A stretch of DNA of 64,000 bases, taken from Eledone cirrhosa. Its lineage: Eukaryota. A program made the translations under genes and the position numbers. Of this stretch, positions 1 through 13,407 are shown piece by piece (the stretch's first letter is position 1; every line of letters starts with the position of its first letter). The stretch covers positions 277,512,001 to 277,576,000 of the forward strand of contig OZ024740.1 of assembly GCA_964016885.1 (NCBI GenBank). Reading direction: 5' to 3'. Under the pieces are notes generated by a model. The model did not search any database. It saw nothing but the letters and a program-made list of their open reading frames with translations, and was not told where the DNA came from.

Positions 1-955
1 ACAGATCTAAGGCCGTTACTTGGTTTAATGCGCCTTACTCCAAACATGTATGCACCAACCTGCCAGGAATTTTTGTCCGAGCGTTGGATAGGTGCTTTCC
101 GCCGACGAACAAGTACCACACAATTTTCAACCGCCACACGGTGAAGTTTTCCTTCTCCACAGCACCTAACATGGCCGACTACATGGCTAAAATTAACGCA
201 GTGAAGATGGCGCACACTGGCCATCAACAGAGGCGACAGAATGACCGTCTTTCTGAGCGCGGAGAACCACCCAGGGACGGGTCCTCAAATGACAACTCGG
301 ATCCCGAGGCGACCAAAGCGCCCGCGAAGGGTGATGTGATCCAACGCCGAGAGGGAAATAGTGGCATGGGGGAGACAACAGTGTCGGCGGAACAACACCC
401 TGAGAACCTTGAGAGGGCCATAACAGATCGAGGCCCGGACATCGGATACGTAAGAATGGACAACAGAACTTGTAACTGCAGAACGGGTACCCAGTGCCCC
501 CTACAGGGAAAATGGCTGATGAAGGACCTAATATACAAGTGTGTGGTTACAACCCAAAACGCGCATCGCACCTACTTCACGCAACATTCACGACCTTTAA
601 ATCGCAGATGTATAATCACACGAATTCTTTTAGGAACCGTAGCAAAAGGCACTCCACTAGGTTAGCGGACCTGGTGTGGGACCTGAAAGACCAAGGCACT
701 CCGTACGCCCTGGAATGGAGTATCGTTCGCCATGCGAGGGCATATTCGGCCGGACGTAGAAAGTGCCGACTATGCCTACACGAGGCCATGGAGATAGTCA
801 GACTGAAAGATGACGCGGTCAACCAGAAGTCTGAAATTATCATGACCTGCAGACACCAGCGAAGATGCACATTTGCAGCATGGAATTCTCCGGGTGGCGC
901 AGGCCGGGGGCATGGGAACGGGTACGCACAGACCCGAACGGCCCAACGGGATTAG
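1..955 (+). pseudogene. PLE thumb/linker + GIY-YIG endonuclease, frameshifted near 575
   Basis: WFNAPYS, YHTIFNRHTVKFSFS, CNCRTGTQCPL, then second frame LADLVWDLKD...CRLCLHEA...CRH; same motif series as the 42735-44306 ORF. Confidence 0.85.
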
Positions 956-1256
956 GGGACCTGACGCCATGCCCCGATGACATTGTGCGACCCATGAAGC
1001 AAACATATGTAAACCAGGGGCGCACCTGACCGAGCACAAAACATTGGGCAGATACATCGCCTGGGCCGAGACCGGCTAACACGGGGCCCACGGCCGCCCG
1101 GTCTGATACCCCAAACATAAAGAACAGCACACACCAGCCACGGTGCCATGCCCCATGGCGACCAGGCCGGGCTTTCCCTTGAATGTGTACCCCATCAATC
1201 GTGACTCTCCACATGTTCCACTTTGGAACAATGATTATAACTGTCATTATTGTTCT

Positions 1257-1434
1257 GGATTGGCAGTATCAGTAGAGGGTCGGACGCCATGCTTTCCAGC
1301 ATAGTTACGTCCCTTTACGATCTGAGTTCAAATCCCGCCGAGGTTGACTTTGCCTTTCATCCTTACGGGGTCGATAAAACAAAGTACCAGTAATGCACTG
1401 GTTAATTGCTGGCCTTGTGCCTAAAGTAGAAACA
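1257..1434 (+). mobile_element. tRNA-derived SINE
   Basis: B-box GAGTTCAAATCC, core GCCTTTCATCCTTACGGGGTCGATAAA, 11-bp TSD ATTATTGTTCT (1246-1256, 1435-1445); six copies in the window. Confidence 0.9.
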
Positions 1435-1689
1435 ATTATTGTTCTATTATTGTTCTGTTACTGTTACTTGTTCTATGTACGGACCCAAGTTTGCACCTCA
1501 TACTACCTGTGTGTGGTATATCACATGGATACACGCACCTTCTCCTCCCCTTTTTTATTTACCTGTTTTTTTATGTATCTATTTGTGACGTTACATACAG
1601 ATTTAATGTATTCTAAAATATTGTAAATTTATTTTATTTTATTATCCTATTGTGTTTATATTTGGGTGTTTTATGTGTGGACCTGTGCG

Positions 1690-2142
1690 TAGGTATATGT
1701 ATGTGTGTGTGTATGTAGATATATATATACGTGGGTGTGTATGGGGATGTGTATATGGGCATGTGTACGTATATGCATGAGCTAATGAGCGCGCGTGTGT
1801 GCATGCATGTACATGTATGTACGCATGTGGCGGAGTGTGTGTGTGTATGTGTATAAATATATATATATGTGTGTATGTACGTATAGCTACGTATGAGTAT
1901 ATGTGTGTATGTGGGTGCGTATGTGTATATATATATGTGTGGGTGCGGGTGTATGTATATGTGGGGCTCTATATATGTGTATGTGTATTTGTGTATACAT
2001 GTATATGTTTATGTACATCTCACGGGAATGTGTACGGATGATCATATATGGATTATATATACATTTTATTACTATCATTTTTATTATTTTATCATATATC
2101 CATTGTATATATCCGTATATGTATGTATGAATGTGTGTGAAA

Positions 2143-2202
<60 letters not shown>

Positions 2203-2709
2203 ATATTGTATACTATATTGATATGTTATGTTATGTTATTTTACCGTTATTTTATGGTATATTGTGTTTTTTTTTATATAATGTATTTTTAATTTACGGT
2301 TTTGTTTATATATGTATATGTGGAAACATGAGTGTGTAAGCAAATACGCATATGTGCAGGTGTCTGCATGTGGCAGTCAGTGTGCGTATGTATATGTAGA
2401 TGTATATATGTCTGCATGTGTATATGTATGTATATGTGTGGGTGTGCGTATGCATGTAGTGTTTTTTGTATATATATATATATATGTGTGTGTGTTTGTG
2501 TGTGTGTAATTTTGTGTACGTATGTGTATATATGTATATATATATATATATATGTATATAAGGTTGTGCGTAGGTATGTGTGCGCGTGTGTATATGTGTA
2601 TGTTTGCGTGGGCCGTACCTATCGGACCGGATATATGGCGCGACTTTAGCTAGCATGTGGCGGTCTGAATCTAGAAGTGGGTGTGTCTGGGTCTGTGGAA
2701 GTGAGGGAG

Positions 2710-2742
<33 letters not shown>

Positions 2743-2845
2743 GAGTCGGGTTGTGTGTGTCTACGCATGTATGAGTACATATGTGTATGCACGCATGTGT
2801 CTGTGTCTGCATGTCTGTGTATATGTGTGTGTGTATTTGTATGTG
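1690..2845. repeat. compound (TA)n/(TG)n microsatellite field inside the PLE 3' UTR
   Basis: Direct reading. Confidence 0.9.
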
Positions 2846-3080
2846 TGGGTGCATGGTCTGGAGTGTGAACAGACGTGTGAAATACCGAACCCAGCATGAC
2901 TCCATTGAAGTGTGTCGGACGGAAAATGGTTGATGAACCGTGTAGCAGTAAATAGTGACCAGAACGTAAGATGACGTGGAGTAACAACAGCGAATGGCAT
3001 GACAAGAGTGGAAGACGTTATTTGAGGGGGTTATTTGATGATAACGCTCCAGTGATAACATTTGCTCCGAACGAACTACC

Positions 3081-3171
3081 TGTGTCTGAGAGAACCTGCA
3101 GCCGTAGAATCAGCCAGATCCATGCACGGACATTGTCTAGAGCTAACTGCCGGCGAAACAATTGTAACACG
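3081..3171 (+). ncRNA. type I hammerhead ribozyme, slightly degenerate
   Basis: TGTGT-CTGAGAGA-long stem II-GAAA-CAATTG (palindrome)-TA-ACACG; one extra nt in the core. Confidence 0.55.
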
Positions 3172-3339
3172 CAATAAATTGTGTCCAGATGTATCACTGA
3201 ATTTTCGTTTGCTTTATACTACCTACACTGAACTCTGCTGAATATTGAGTGCTAATTTTGGCATACCGCCTATGGAAGCACCATAGCTACTATTATACAC
3301 AAGTATATATATATATATATATACATATATATACATATA

Positions 3340-3379
<40 letters not shown>

Positions 3380-3509
3380 TGGAAAGTTATATTTAAATTG
3401 TTGGGTTACAACTAGTAAATATTAATAACTGATATAAAAGCACTCGACAAGTATTTGGAGTATATTTACGATATTAAATAAATGGAAACTATATTTATAA
3501 AACCATATT

Positions 3510-3575
3510 TATTTCATTATATATATTTCAGGGATATCATATTAACAATATGCTATGCCTTCCTCAGACAAAATA
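3510..3575 (-). ncRNA. minimal type I hammerhead (family A)
   Basis: Reverse complement of 6278-6343. Confidence 0.8.
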
Positions 3576-4430
3576 CAATATAAACAGTTTTATAGATAAA
3601 TAGATTTGACATACCGTACAACATCGACTTGTATTTGAAAAGTTGAATTGGCAGTGAAAAAATTGTAAACAGAAAGAAAGAAAGAGAGAAAAAAAGGAAA
3701 GAAAGACAGAAAACGCAGAAAAAGAAGAAAAAGAAGAAATGCATGGAACAAAATAGAGAGATGGAAAGATAGATAAAGAGAAGAACTTCATGTAAAGAAA
3801 CAGAGAGAGATATATATATAGAGAGAGGAAATAGATAGAGATAGATATATATATAGAAAAATATGTAGTTGGACATCCGTTGAGTAAACGTATCAATGAT
3901 ACATTTATTTATTTATTTAGCTCTAGTATTAATGTAAGGGCGATACATGTGGTTAGGAGAGAAACCAGCTGTTATATATAGAGAAAAATGAAAAGTAACC
4001 AGACATAGGCGAGGCATAAAAACCCTATGTTTTAATGTAGAAGTATTAATATGTATAAATATGTATAAAAAACCAGGCACTATATTGAAAATATCAGTAT
4101 TCCTGAATGAGACACGTATCCATAATGTGTGAAAAGTAATGATCTTATGTTTAGTTTTAAAAATTCATATGTTTATATGATAACTACAAACATCGATGTG
4201 AATTTACATGATCAACTCTGCAAACCCTAAGTTCACACGGAAAACATTCTCATTGTGCTATAAAAAATTTAAGTATACACATATGTGTATATATATACAC
4301 ACATATATATAGAGTCTATATTACTACTATTCTTGTCTTTACTCTACAAGATTATCTATCAAGCAGAAATAGAGAGCAGATTTCAATATATTAATAAAAA
4401 ATATATCAGAACCAAAAACCAAAAAACAAC

Positions 4431-4463
<33 letters not shown>

Positions 4464-4925
4464 ATAATAAAATAGAAAACTAAAAAATATTACGAAAAAA
4501 ATATTACATATTAAAAATATTACATATTAAAAATAAAAATATTAGAAAATACTACAATTATAAAAATAAACCACAAAGATCAACCCTTCAAAATTAATTG
4601 ACAATATATTGCCAAGTTCATTATAAACATCAGAGTCGAAAACAGATAAAGCTAAAAATTATTTATCAAATCGCATCTAGCAAAAATCATTTCAAAAAGT
4701 TTAGGGTGCCCATTTGGTCTACATGTGTTCTTATATTTAATATAGAAGTTTATCTAGTGTAACGTTTATTCGAAATATTTGGAGCATCAACTTTTAGGGT
4801 AGTTTAATTTTTCATGAAGAATGTTTAAATAAAAATAAAAATAAAAATAAAAAGAAGAATAAAAAGAAGAAATCGAAAGATTTATCGGCTATTTTCTCAA
4901 ATAATTATAAATCAAACTAAATATA

Positions 4926-5238
4926 CTACATTTTAAATTTAAATTTATATTTAAAAGTTGAGTTTAATCTATGTTTGCAGCAACTGAATAAATTTGTCCG
5001 TAGATTAAGGGAATTTTTAGATTTTAGTATAAAGAATATCTCCTCTGCGCAGAGGTCACATGTCTCAGAGGATGAATTAAAAGGAATCCCTCTTGAGACT
5101 ATATTCCAAGCCGTCGAATATCTAACGTTATCTAGCTTAAGTTGCCAGAGTACGCCTGATAGTGCCGTTGAAGATTTTTTGCTTGGATCTGTGAAAGAAT
5201 TCTTGTGGTTATTATAGCGAAGTTTAAATTCCGTCGAT
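4926..5238 (-). pseudogene. PLE GIY-YIG C-terminal fragment
   Basis: STEFKLRYNNHKNSF...CDLCAEE...CCKHRL, nearly identical to the end of the 42735 ORF. Confidence 0.9.
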
Positions 5239-5394
5239 GAACTTGGCAATATATTGTCAATTAATTTTGAAGGGTTGATCTTTGTGGTTTATTTTTATTA
5301 TTGTAGTATTTTCTAATATTTTTATTTTTAATATGTAATATTTTTAATATGTAATATCTTTTTCGTAATATTTTTTAGTTTTCTATTTTATTAT

Positions 5395-5427
<33 letters not shown>

Positions 5428-6277
5428 GTTGTTTTTTGGTTTTTGGTTCTGATATATTTTTTATTAATATATTGAAATCTGCTCTCTATTTCTGCTTGAT
5501 AGATAATCTTGTAGAGTAAAGACAAGAATAGTAGTAATATAGACTCTATATATATGTGTGTATATATATACACATATGTGTATACTTAAATTTTTTATAG
5601 CACAATGAGAATGTTTTCCGTGTGAACTTAGGGTTTGCAGAGTTGATCATGTAAATTCACATCGATGTTTGTAGTTATCATATAAACATATGAATTTTTT
5701 AAAACTAAACATAAGATCATTACTTTTCACACATTATGGATACGTGTCTCATTCAGGAATACTGATATTTTCAATATAGTGCCTGGTTTTTTATACATAT
5801 TTATACATATTAATACTTCTACATTAAAACATAGGGTTTTTATGCCTCGCCTATGTCTGGTTACTTTTCATTTTTCTCTCTATATAACAGCTGGTTTCTC
5901 TCCTAACCACATATATCTCCCTTACATTAATACTAGAGCTAAATAAATAAATAAATGTATCATTGATACGTTTACTCAACGGATGACCAACTACATATTT
6001 TTCTATATATATATCTATCTCTATCTATTTCCTCTCTCTATATATATCTCTCTCTGTTTCTTTACATGAAGTTCTTCTCTTTATCTATCTTTCCATCTCT
6101 CTATTTTGTTCCATGCATTTCTTCTTTTTCTTCTTTTTCTTCGTTTTCTGTCTTTCTTTCCTTTTTTTCTCTCTTTCTTTCTGTTTACAATTTTTTCACT
6201 GCCAATTCAACTTTTCAAATACAAGTCGATGTTGTACGGTATGTCAAATCTATTTATCTATAAAACTGTTTATATTG

Positions 6278-6343
6278 TATTTTGTCTGAGGAAGGCATAG
6301 CATATTGTTAATATGATATCCCTGAAATATATATAATGAAATA
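6278..6343 (+). ncRNA. minimal type I hammerhead (family A)
   Basis: TATTTTGT-CTGAGGA-stem II AGGCATAGCATATT/AATATGATATCCCT-GAAA-TATATA-TA-ATGAAATA. Confidence 0.82.
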
Positions 6344-6383
6344 AATATGGTTTTATAAATATAGTTTCCATTTATTTAATATC

Positions 6384-6432
<49 letters not shown>

Positions 6433-6433
6433 A

Positions 6434-6519
<86 letters not shown>

Positions 6520-6520
6520 A

Positions 6521-7016
6521 ACGAAGGAAATGTGGTAAGCAACCAGGTGGACCATAACGCACCAAAGTACTCAATACTTAGGGTAGTAGAGTGGGTAATA
6601 GGAACGAGTAGGACCCCGACGGGTGAGCTCAAGCAGTTTCGACGGCTAATTCTGGACTAGAATTGTGGTCCAGAATTAGTCGATAAACATTACACTCTGG
6701 TATTTATTGCTATCATACCATGAGTTTATTCTATTAGCCTTGTTCCTAATTCTTTCTATTCTATTCCAAAATTTGCTCCTATACAAGGGGCAGGTCCCAT
6801 TTATGTCATTATTTACCATTTTTTCCCATTTGGTTCTGGCTCCTCTATACACTCTGATTTTATCTCTCTGATTGTAGCCAGAGAACTGCATACGGTGGAT
6901 GAAGTGTTGTATGTGTCTCTCTAGTTCTTCGGGGTTGCACATGCGGGACACGTTTCTCATCACCCGTACCAAATTCGCAATCAGTATGTTGATTTTGGTA
7001 TGGTCCGAAACTGCCT
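6521..7016 (-). mobile_element. PLE family B 3' end joined to a PLE thumb-region fragment
   Basis: Tail shared with 49404-49524 and 58316-58450; 3' half of a hammerhead (long hairpin + GAAAC); ORF piece FIHRMQFSGY...PLYRSKFWNR (Nematis/Neptune-like, clade uncertain). Confidence 0.7.
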
Positions 7017-7064
7017 AGTTTCGGTGGATAAGATGTTTGGAAGTCATGGGTTTGTCATGGGTTT

Positions 7065-9494
7065 GCCACAAAAACGTCCTAGACTTAATTTTCAGCAATC
7101 ACACTGACAATATCCACAATATTGCAGTGGAGAAAACTCTACTCTCTGATCATGACATGGTTCTCTGTGATCTGATATTCCACCGTCCAATATACAAACC
7201 CAATGTCATCTCTCCTGTCCATCCGTTTGACGCTATGGATTTCCACAATGCAAACTGGGAAGCGATCAGTCATGATCTTGCACATGTCGACTGGTCCTTC
7301 ACGCACACTCATACACCCACTAACATCAAAAAGTCCTGGCAGACATTTGTAGACACTGTTACAAACATATGTGCAAAACACACCCCATTAAAAACTAGAA
7401 ACAAATCTAAGAGCAGAATCCCTAGAAATAGAAAAACGCTCATCAGGAAAATTAAGAGAACTAACAAAAAAATCAACAAGCTGAAATACTGTCAGCATCA
7501 ACACATAAACTTGACTGCCATTTCATCACTAGAGATTAAAAAAACATAACCTCCAAAACAATATGATGTTTATCATCAACAATCAGAGAAGAGCTGAAGA
7601 GGCCATTGAGAAGATCAAACTCAATCCCAAAGTGTTCTTTTCATTTGCAAAAAAAACTCAAAATCACTGGCTCTACTGTTGGCCCTCTAATTGATGAAAA
7701 TGGCACTCTTCAAGACAATGCTAAAACCATGGTTGAGATACTGCAGAAACAATACTGCTCTGTTTTCAGCAATCCTGATATGGCGATCTGGGCTGTATCG
7801 GCGATGTTACTCCCCATTACACCTTATCGGACATAACGTTTGGCGCCCCTGATGTCTTAGCGGCAATAAAGGAAATCAAGCATAATTCAGCAGTAGGTCC
7901 CGACAGGTTCCCTGCTTGTGTCTTGAAGGCGTGTCAACACCAACTTGCATCTCCTCTTGCCAATCTGTGGCGGAACTCACTGGATGCTGGATATGTGCCA
8001 GAAAACCTTCTATCCCAGTCTGTTGTCCCAGTTTTCAAAAAAGGAAACAAATCCCTTGCCGTGAATTACCGTCCAATCTCACTCACCTCTCATATCATTA
8101 AGGTATTTGAGAGAGTGGTGAGATCGCGAATGACTCACTTCCTTGAGAGTAACAATATGCTGAACTCCAACCAGCATGGATTCCGTAATGAAAAGGATTA
8201 CCTGACGCAGCTACTGCATCACTTTGATGACAGTTTGAGAACCTTGGGAGAGGGTTCCAACACTGATGTTATCTACCTTGATTTCAGCAAGGCCTTTGAC
8301 AGGGTTGATCACAACATTCTACTGAGACAGCTGTCCAATATTGGTGTCACTGGAAAGCTGCTGCAGTGGATCAAGAGCTTCCTGTCAAACAGAACCCAAC
8401 ATGTTGTAGTCGAAGGAGTCAAATCCAGCCCAGCCAAAGTCAGTAGTGTTGGGCCCACTTCTCTTCATCATCTATATTAATGACATCACTGACATCACCA
8501 AACACAACAACATTAGAACTTTCGCTGATGATTCCAAGCTCCAAAAGGTCATCAATGGCGTGGATGACCGGATAAGCCTTCAGTCAGACCTACTGGCTGT
8601 TACCCAATGGGCGGAAAAGAACAACATGTTACTGAACGAAGACAAATTCGAACTGATCCACTTTGGAAAAGAGGATGCTCTGAAACTCCCGTACTCCCTT
8701 CCCTCCGGTGAAACTCTCGTGGCATCTAACAACATCAGAGACTTGGGAGTAACCGTGGACAGCAACATAAGCTGGGCCACGCATATACGCAGCAAAGTTG
8801 ACATGGCCCGCAGAATGTGTTCCTGGATCCTCAGAACCTTCCAGTCGAGAGATTCCCACACCATTATCCTTCTCTTCTCCACTTTTGCCCGACCACACCT
8901 TGAATACTGTTGTCCACTGTGGTCTCCCCACACGAAACAAAGTATCATGAAACTTGAAGCTCCCCAAAGGGCAATCACGAAAAAGATAGATGGCATGTCA
9001 GACCTTGACTACTGGGGTCGACTAGAAAAGCTGAAACTTTACTCACTCCAACGTCGCCGTGAGCGTTATATTATCTGCATGATGTGGAAAATGTTTCATC
9101 AGCACTGCCCAAATGATGTTGGCATCACCTTCAAAATACACCCAAGGCTTGGGCCCCGTGCTATCCGTCCCAAATAAAAATCTAAATCGCAACACATAAC
9201 AACAATACGGCACAATTATTTCACCTCAATTGGCCCTGCTCTCTTCAACATCACACAAGGACACATCAAAACAGAAACTGACCACACAAAATTCAAGACG
9301 TCTTTGGACAAATTCCTCCAAGTAATCCCGGACAAACCACCCACACGCGGCTATGTCTCCGCAAACAGTAATTCTCTTCTCGAATGGGCTATGGTGCCCA
9401 AATCCTGAGTTGAAAGACTTCGCCAGGTGGTGCTATTAAGTTAGACATGGCCTGGGCCAATACAGGCCAAAACATTTCAAAGTTATTCAAAGTT
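7065..9494 (+). mobile_element. CR1-type LINE, 5'-truncated, degraded ORF2 (end of APE + RT)
   Basis: LDLIFSN, NYRPISLTS, QHGFR, YLDFSKAFDRV, FADDSK, HLEYCCPLWSPH, LYSLQRRRERY; GVPQG segment deleted with frameshift near 8445; TTCAAAGTTA x2 tail. Confidence 0.92.
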
Positions 9495-9547
9495 ATGTGT
9501 GTATATGTGTATATATGTATGTTTATGTATGTGTGTATGTGTGCATG

Positions 9548-9578
<31 letters not shown>

Positions 9579-9701
9579 ATGTATATATATATGTGTGTAT
9601 ATGGTTATATGTAGGTATATGTATGTATGTGTGTATGTGTGTATGTGTGTACGTATGTGTGTGTATATTTGTGTGTATATATATATATATATGTGTGTAT
9701 G

Positions 9702-9732
<31 letters not shown>

Positions 9733-9737
9733 GTATA

Positions 9738-9782
<45 letters not shown>

Positions 9783-9913
9783 ATATATATATATGTGTGT
9801 GTGTGTGTGTATATATATGTATGTATGTGTATATATGTATATATATATACATATATATATATACATATATGTATATTGGTATGTGTGTATGTATATGTAT
9901 ATATATATATATA

Positions 9914-9978
<65 letters not shown>

Positions 9979-9987
9979 TTGTGTATA

Positions 9988-10057
<70 letters not shown>

Positions 10058-10218
10058 GTGTATGTGTGTATGTATATATATATATGTGTGTGTATGTGTG
10101 TATATATGTATATATGTGTATATGTGTGTGTGTGTATATATATTTATATATATGTGTGTGTGTGTATGTGTATATATATATATGTGTGTATGTATGTGTG
10201 TGTATGTATATATATATA

Positions 10219-10291
<73 letters not shown>

Positions 10292-10296
10292 AGATA
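9495..10296. repeat. compound (TA)/(TG)/(GATATA) microsatellite
   Basis: Direct reading. Confidence 0.95.
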
Positions 10297-11647
10297 GGTA
10301 AATATACACGGGTGTGTATGATTGTGTATAGAAGATTATATTAATAAGAGTAATTCCAACTTTGTCTGATTTACTCGTTTTATTTACAATCCTTTAAAAT
10401 ATATATAATATGGTATTATAATGAAATAGTATGATAGAATATTAAATTCTAAGTGTTAATTGAACAAGTACTTTCATGCTTTCGCAATATTCAGGTTCAT
10501 GATATGTGGTGACAGTCGAGTTTGCAATTTTCAACTGTAATGAGATGGGTAAATTTACTACCTTTTATACATTTTATACAGAGAAAAGTGGCTCCAGAAT
10601 GCAAAGCCCTGTAAACTGTATTTCGACCAATCAGTGTGTAGTTTCACTGAATTACTACAGCTGATTGGTTTAAGCGTCACGGCTGGTTGAGCATGCTAAC
10701 GACCAATAGTCATACCCAACGTATCAATTGTTTTGCTTTTTGAAATGATGAAAATAGCATTTTCTATTAATCATCACCATCAACATCACTTTTCTTCTTA
10801 TTATTATTGTTGTTGTTGTTGTTGTTGAACTGCAAAAGCAGAAATCTAATTTACTGCATCAAATGCCCGAATTGTGAAGAACTATATGTCGGTCAAACTG
10901 GAAATGCACTATCGGAACGTGCACGGGTACACCGTCAACAAATCATAGACCCAAATGTACGTCAGATACCCCTAAGCGGCCACCTGGCAACATGTGGTCA
11001 GGGAATATTTATAATATTCCCATTCTACAAATTACACAGCCCAAGTGAAATCAAGAGAAAAATCAAAGAAAAGAAATTTATTGATAAATTCAAACCCAAG
11101 CTAAATGAACAATAATAACGCCTAGGGGTATTACTTCTACTACCACTATGACCACGACCACTAACAACAACAACAACAACAACAATTATAATAATAATAA
11201 AAGTGATGTTCATGGTGATGATTAATAGAAAATGCTATTTTCATCATTTCAAAAAGCAAAACAATTGATACGTTGGGTATGACTATTGGTCGTTAGCATG
11301 CTCAACCAGCCGTGACGCTTAAACCAATCAGCTGTAGTAATTCAGTGAAACTACACACTGATTGGTCGAAATACAGTTTACAGGGCTTTGCATTCTGGAG
11401 CCACTTTTCTCTGTATAAAATGTATAAAAGGTAGTAAATTTACCCATCTCATTACAGTTGAAAATTGCAAACTCGACTGTCACCACATATTATGAACCTG
11501 AATATTGCGAAAGCATGAAAGTACTTGTTCAATTAACACTTAGAATTTAATATTCTATCATACTATTTCATTATAATACCATATTATATATATTTTAAAG
11601 GATTGTAAATAAAACGAGTAAATGAGACAAAGTTGGAATTCCTCTTA

Positions 11648-11651
<4 letters not shown>
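10297..11651 (+). mobile_element. PLE family D (Neptune-like), inverted two-arm insertion
   Basis: Reverse arm with tail 10297-10827, forward arm 10828-11651 without tail; matches 28552-29430. Confidence 0.92.
10828..11115 (+). pseudogene. GIY-YIG endonuclease fragment
   Basis: NCKSRNLIYCIKCPNCEELYVGQTGNALSERARVHRQQI. Confidence 0.9.
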
Positions 11652-11693
<42 letters not shown>

Positions 11694-11761
11694 GAAGAGA
11701 GAAGAAACATTTAGATATAATTAGTAATAAAAAATGTATCATACCTAAACTGCTCCTAGAT

Positions 11762-11851
11762 TCCTCGACTACGTAGTTTCGTGGCATAAACAAAAACAAT
11801 ACATCATAAAGATATAGAGTCCCTGCGAGGTCTGCCGACTTATCAAGAGGA
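11762..11851 (-). ncRNA. type I hammerhead with U3-A8 core, in a probable PLE 3' UTR fragment (about 11690-12280)
   Basis: Minus strand: TCCTC-TTGATAA-GTCGGCA...TGCCAC-GAAA-CTACGTAG-TC-GAGGA. Confidence 0.75.
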
Positions 11852-12275
11852 TACCTCATTTTACTAGTCTCAAGAACGCGTCTACACGACGTGAGAAAGA
11901 ATCCCAAAAGGCGGAGGGGGAGATAGTCACGCGATATAACGGTCGAGAAACAGAGCTAAGCCTCTTATAACCCCGAAGAAAATACCACAGAGGCGGAGGG
12001 GGTATTTATATCGAAGCCGTAGAAGAGGTGGTGAAGGAGGAGAGAAGTATGAGTAATGGCAGCTTTCCAGCAGTCACCACACTTCAAAGATTACTCAACC
12101 AGAGGGAGTTATTAACAATATATTTAGAAACACACAGATACATGCGGACACACACATATACATGAATGCATCCACACCCAACCGTGAGTTAAGGGTGCCA
12201 ACCTCACCGATGTTGCTCAATGAATGACTGGGACAGACCAATCCGGTTGAACCAGACTGAACCAGTATCAGAGTT

Positions 12276-12329
<54 letters not shown>

Positions 12330-12335
<6 letters not shown>

Positions 12336-12979
12336 ATATATATGTATATGTGTATGTGTGTGTGTTTATGGGTGCGCGCGAGTGTGTGAGTGAGTGTGTT
12401 TGTGAATGTGTATGTTGATTTTTGGCACATAGTTGAATAGTTTAAGAGAAATTTGAAGATAATTGTATGATATGCACTCAATATTTTGAATTTGTCTACA
12501 GAATTCTCTAAACCTTTGTCATTTAGTAGAACCTTAAAGAATTTAGCTTTTAAAGAATCTCCCTTTCCTTTAAATCTATCTACCATGACTGACCCCACTG
12601 ATCTTATAGACACCTGTTAGCTTAAGAAAAACATAATAATAAGGAGTGGCAGCCCATCTTGAACCTGTTTATAGAATTCTTTCTGCCTTTGTTACTCTAA
12701 AAATAAAAATAAACTATAGCTTTGTAGAATTAGCTTTTAATGAATTCCCTTTTCTATCAACCAATGACCTACACCCATCCCACTCCCCACCCCCTCTCCT
12801 ACCACTTGTAGAGACCTATAAATACCATACTTATTTTTTGATACCCAGATTCCTGATGATTTCTAAAGAATGAAACAGTTCTAGTCCTGTAGAATCTCAT
12901 CTATATTAAAATGTTATACTCTGCAATGTATTGAGTACCTTACTTACTGTGGTTACCTCCCATTCAACCCGGAATAACG
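12330..12979 (+). mobile_element. PLE family C 3' UTR with tail
   Basis: Hammerhead 12847-12897, tail hairpin 12918-12939; homologous to 16043-16500, 34453-34683, 45277-45457, 47332-47519. Confidence 0.75.
12847..12897 (+). ncRNA. type I hammerhead (family C)
   Basis: AGATTC-CTGATGA-TTTCTAAAGAAT-GAAA-CAG...CTG-TA-GAATCT. Confidence 0.85.
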
Positions 12980-13257
12980 TACACATATATATATATATAT
13001 ACATACATACACATATACATACATATATACACACAATATATACATATATATATATACGCAGACACATACACACATATACACATACATATATATATATACA
13101 CACATGTACATATATATACACACACACATATATATATATATATATGATTCCAGTTCCTCAGTGAAATAACAACCCAACCAGGAACTGAGCATTCAGAGTG
13201 TTGACAAAGTTAAACACCTCAACAACATGTGTACTCGTCTCTACCACACTAATTCAG

Positions 13258-13310
13258 ACTGCCTGAAGAGGTCACAGCCAAAGATGGCTGTCACCAAAAT
13301 ATATAGCAGT
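13258..13310 (+). ncRNA. minimal type I hammerhead with G12A change, in a short (TA)n-flanked fragment (13146-13365)
   Basis: ACTGC-CTGAAGA-GGTCACAGCC/GGCTGTCACC-AAAA-TATA-TA-GCAGT. Confidence 0.75.
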
Positions 13311-13407
13311 AATAAACGAAGCCAAATTTTAAATATTTGACATATTTATTTTAGTTTATTTTATATATATATACATATATACACATAGACATATATATAT
13401 ATATATT

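Larger units (their letters stand above)
1..3300 (+). mobile_element. Penelope-like element (Hydra-type), 3' part with microsatellite-expanded 3' UTR and tail
   Basis: ORF remnant 1-955, hammerhead-like motif 3081-3171, tail hairpin 3232-3253, ends in (TA)n. Confidence 0.8.
3381..6385 (-). mobile_element. PLE family A, inverted two-arm insertion in (TA)n
   Basis: Arms about 3467-4621 and 5237-6385 are near-identical reverse complements; tail 3381-3466 on the left arm only; ATG microhomology at the junction. Confidence 0.92.

Noticed and set aside
3381-6385. Inverted arms as fold-back assembly artefacts or DNA-transposon TIRs
   Set aside because: Arms differ by substitutions and arm-specific SINE insertions, and the tail asymmetry recurs across families with RT/GIY-YIG content.
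9483-10309. Long IY/CV/HT-repeat ORFs here and throughout the window
   Set aside because: Translations of (TA)n/(TG)n microsatellites, open in several frames at once.
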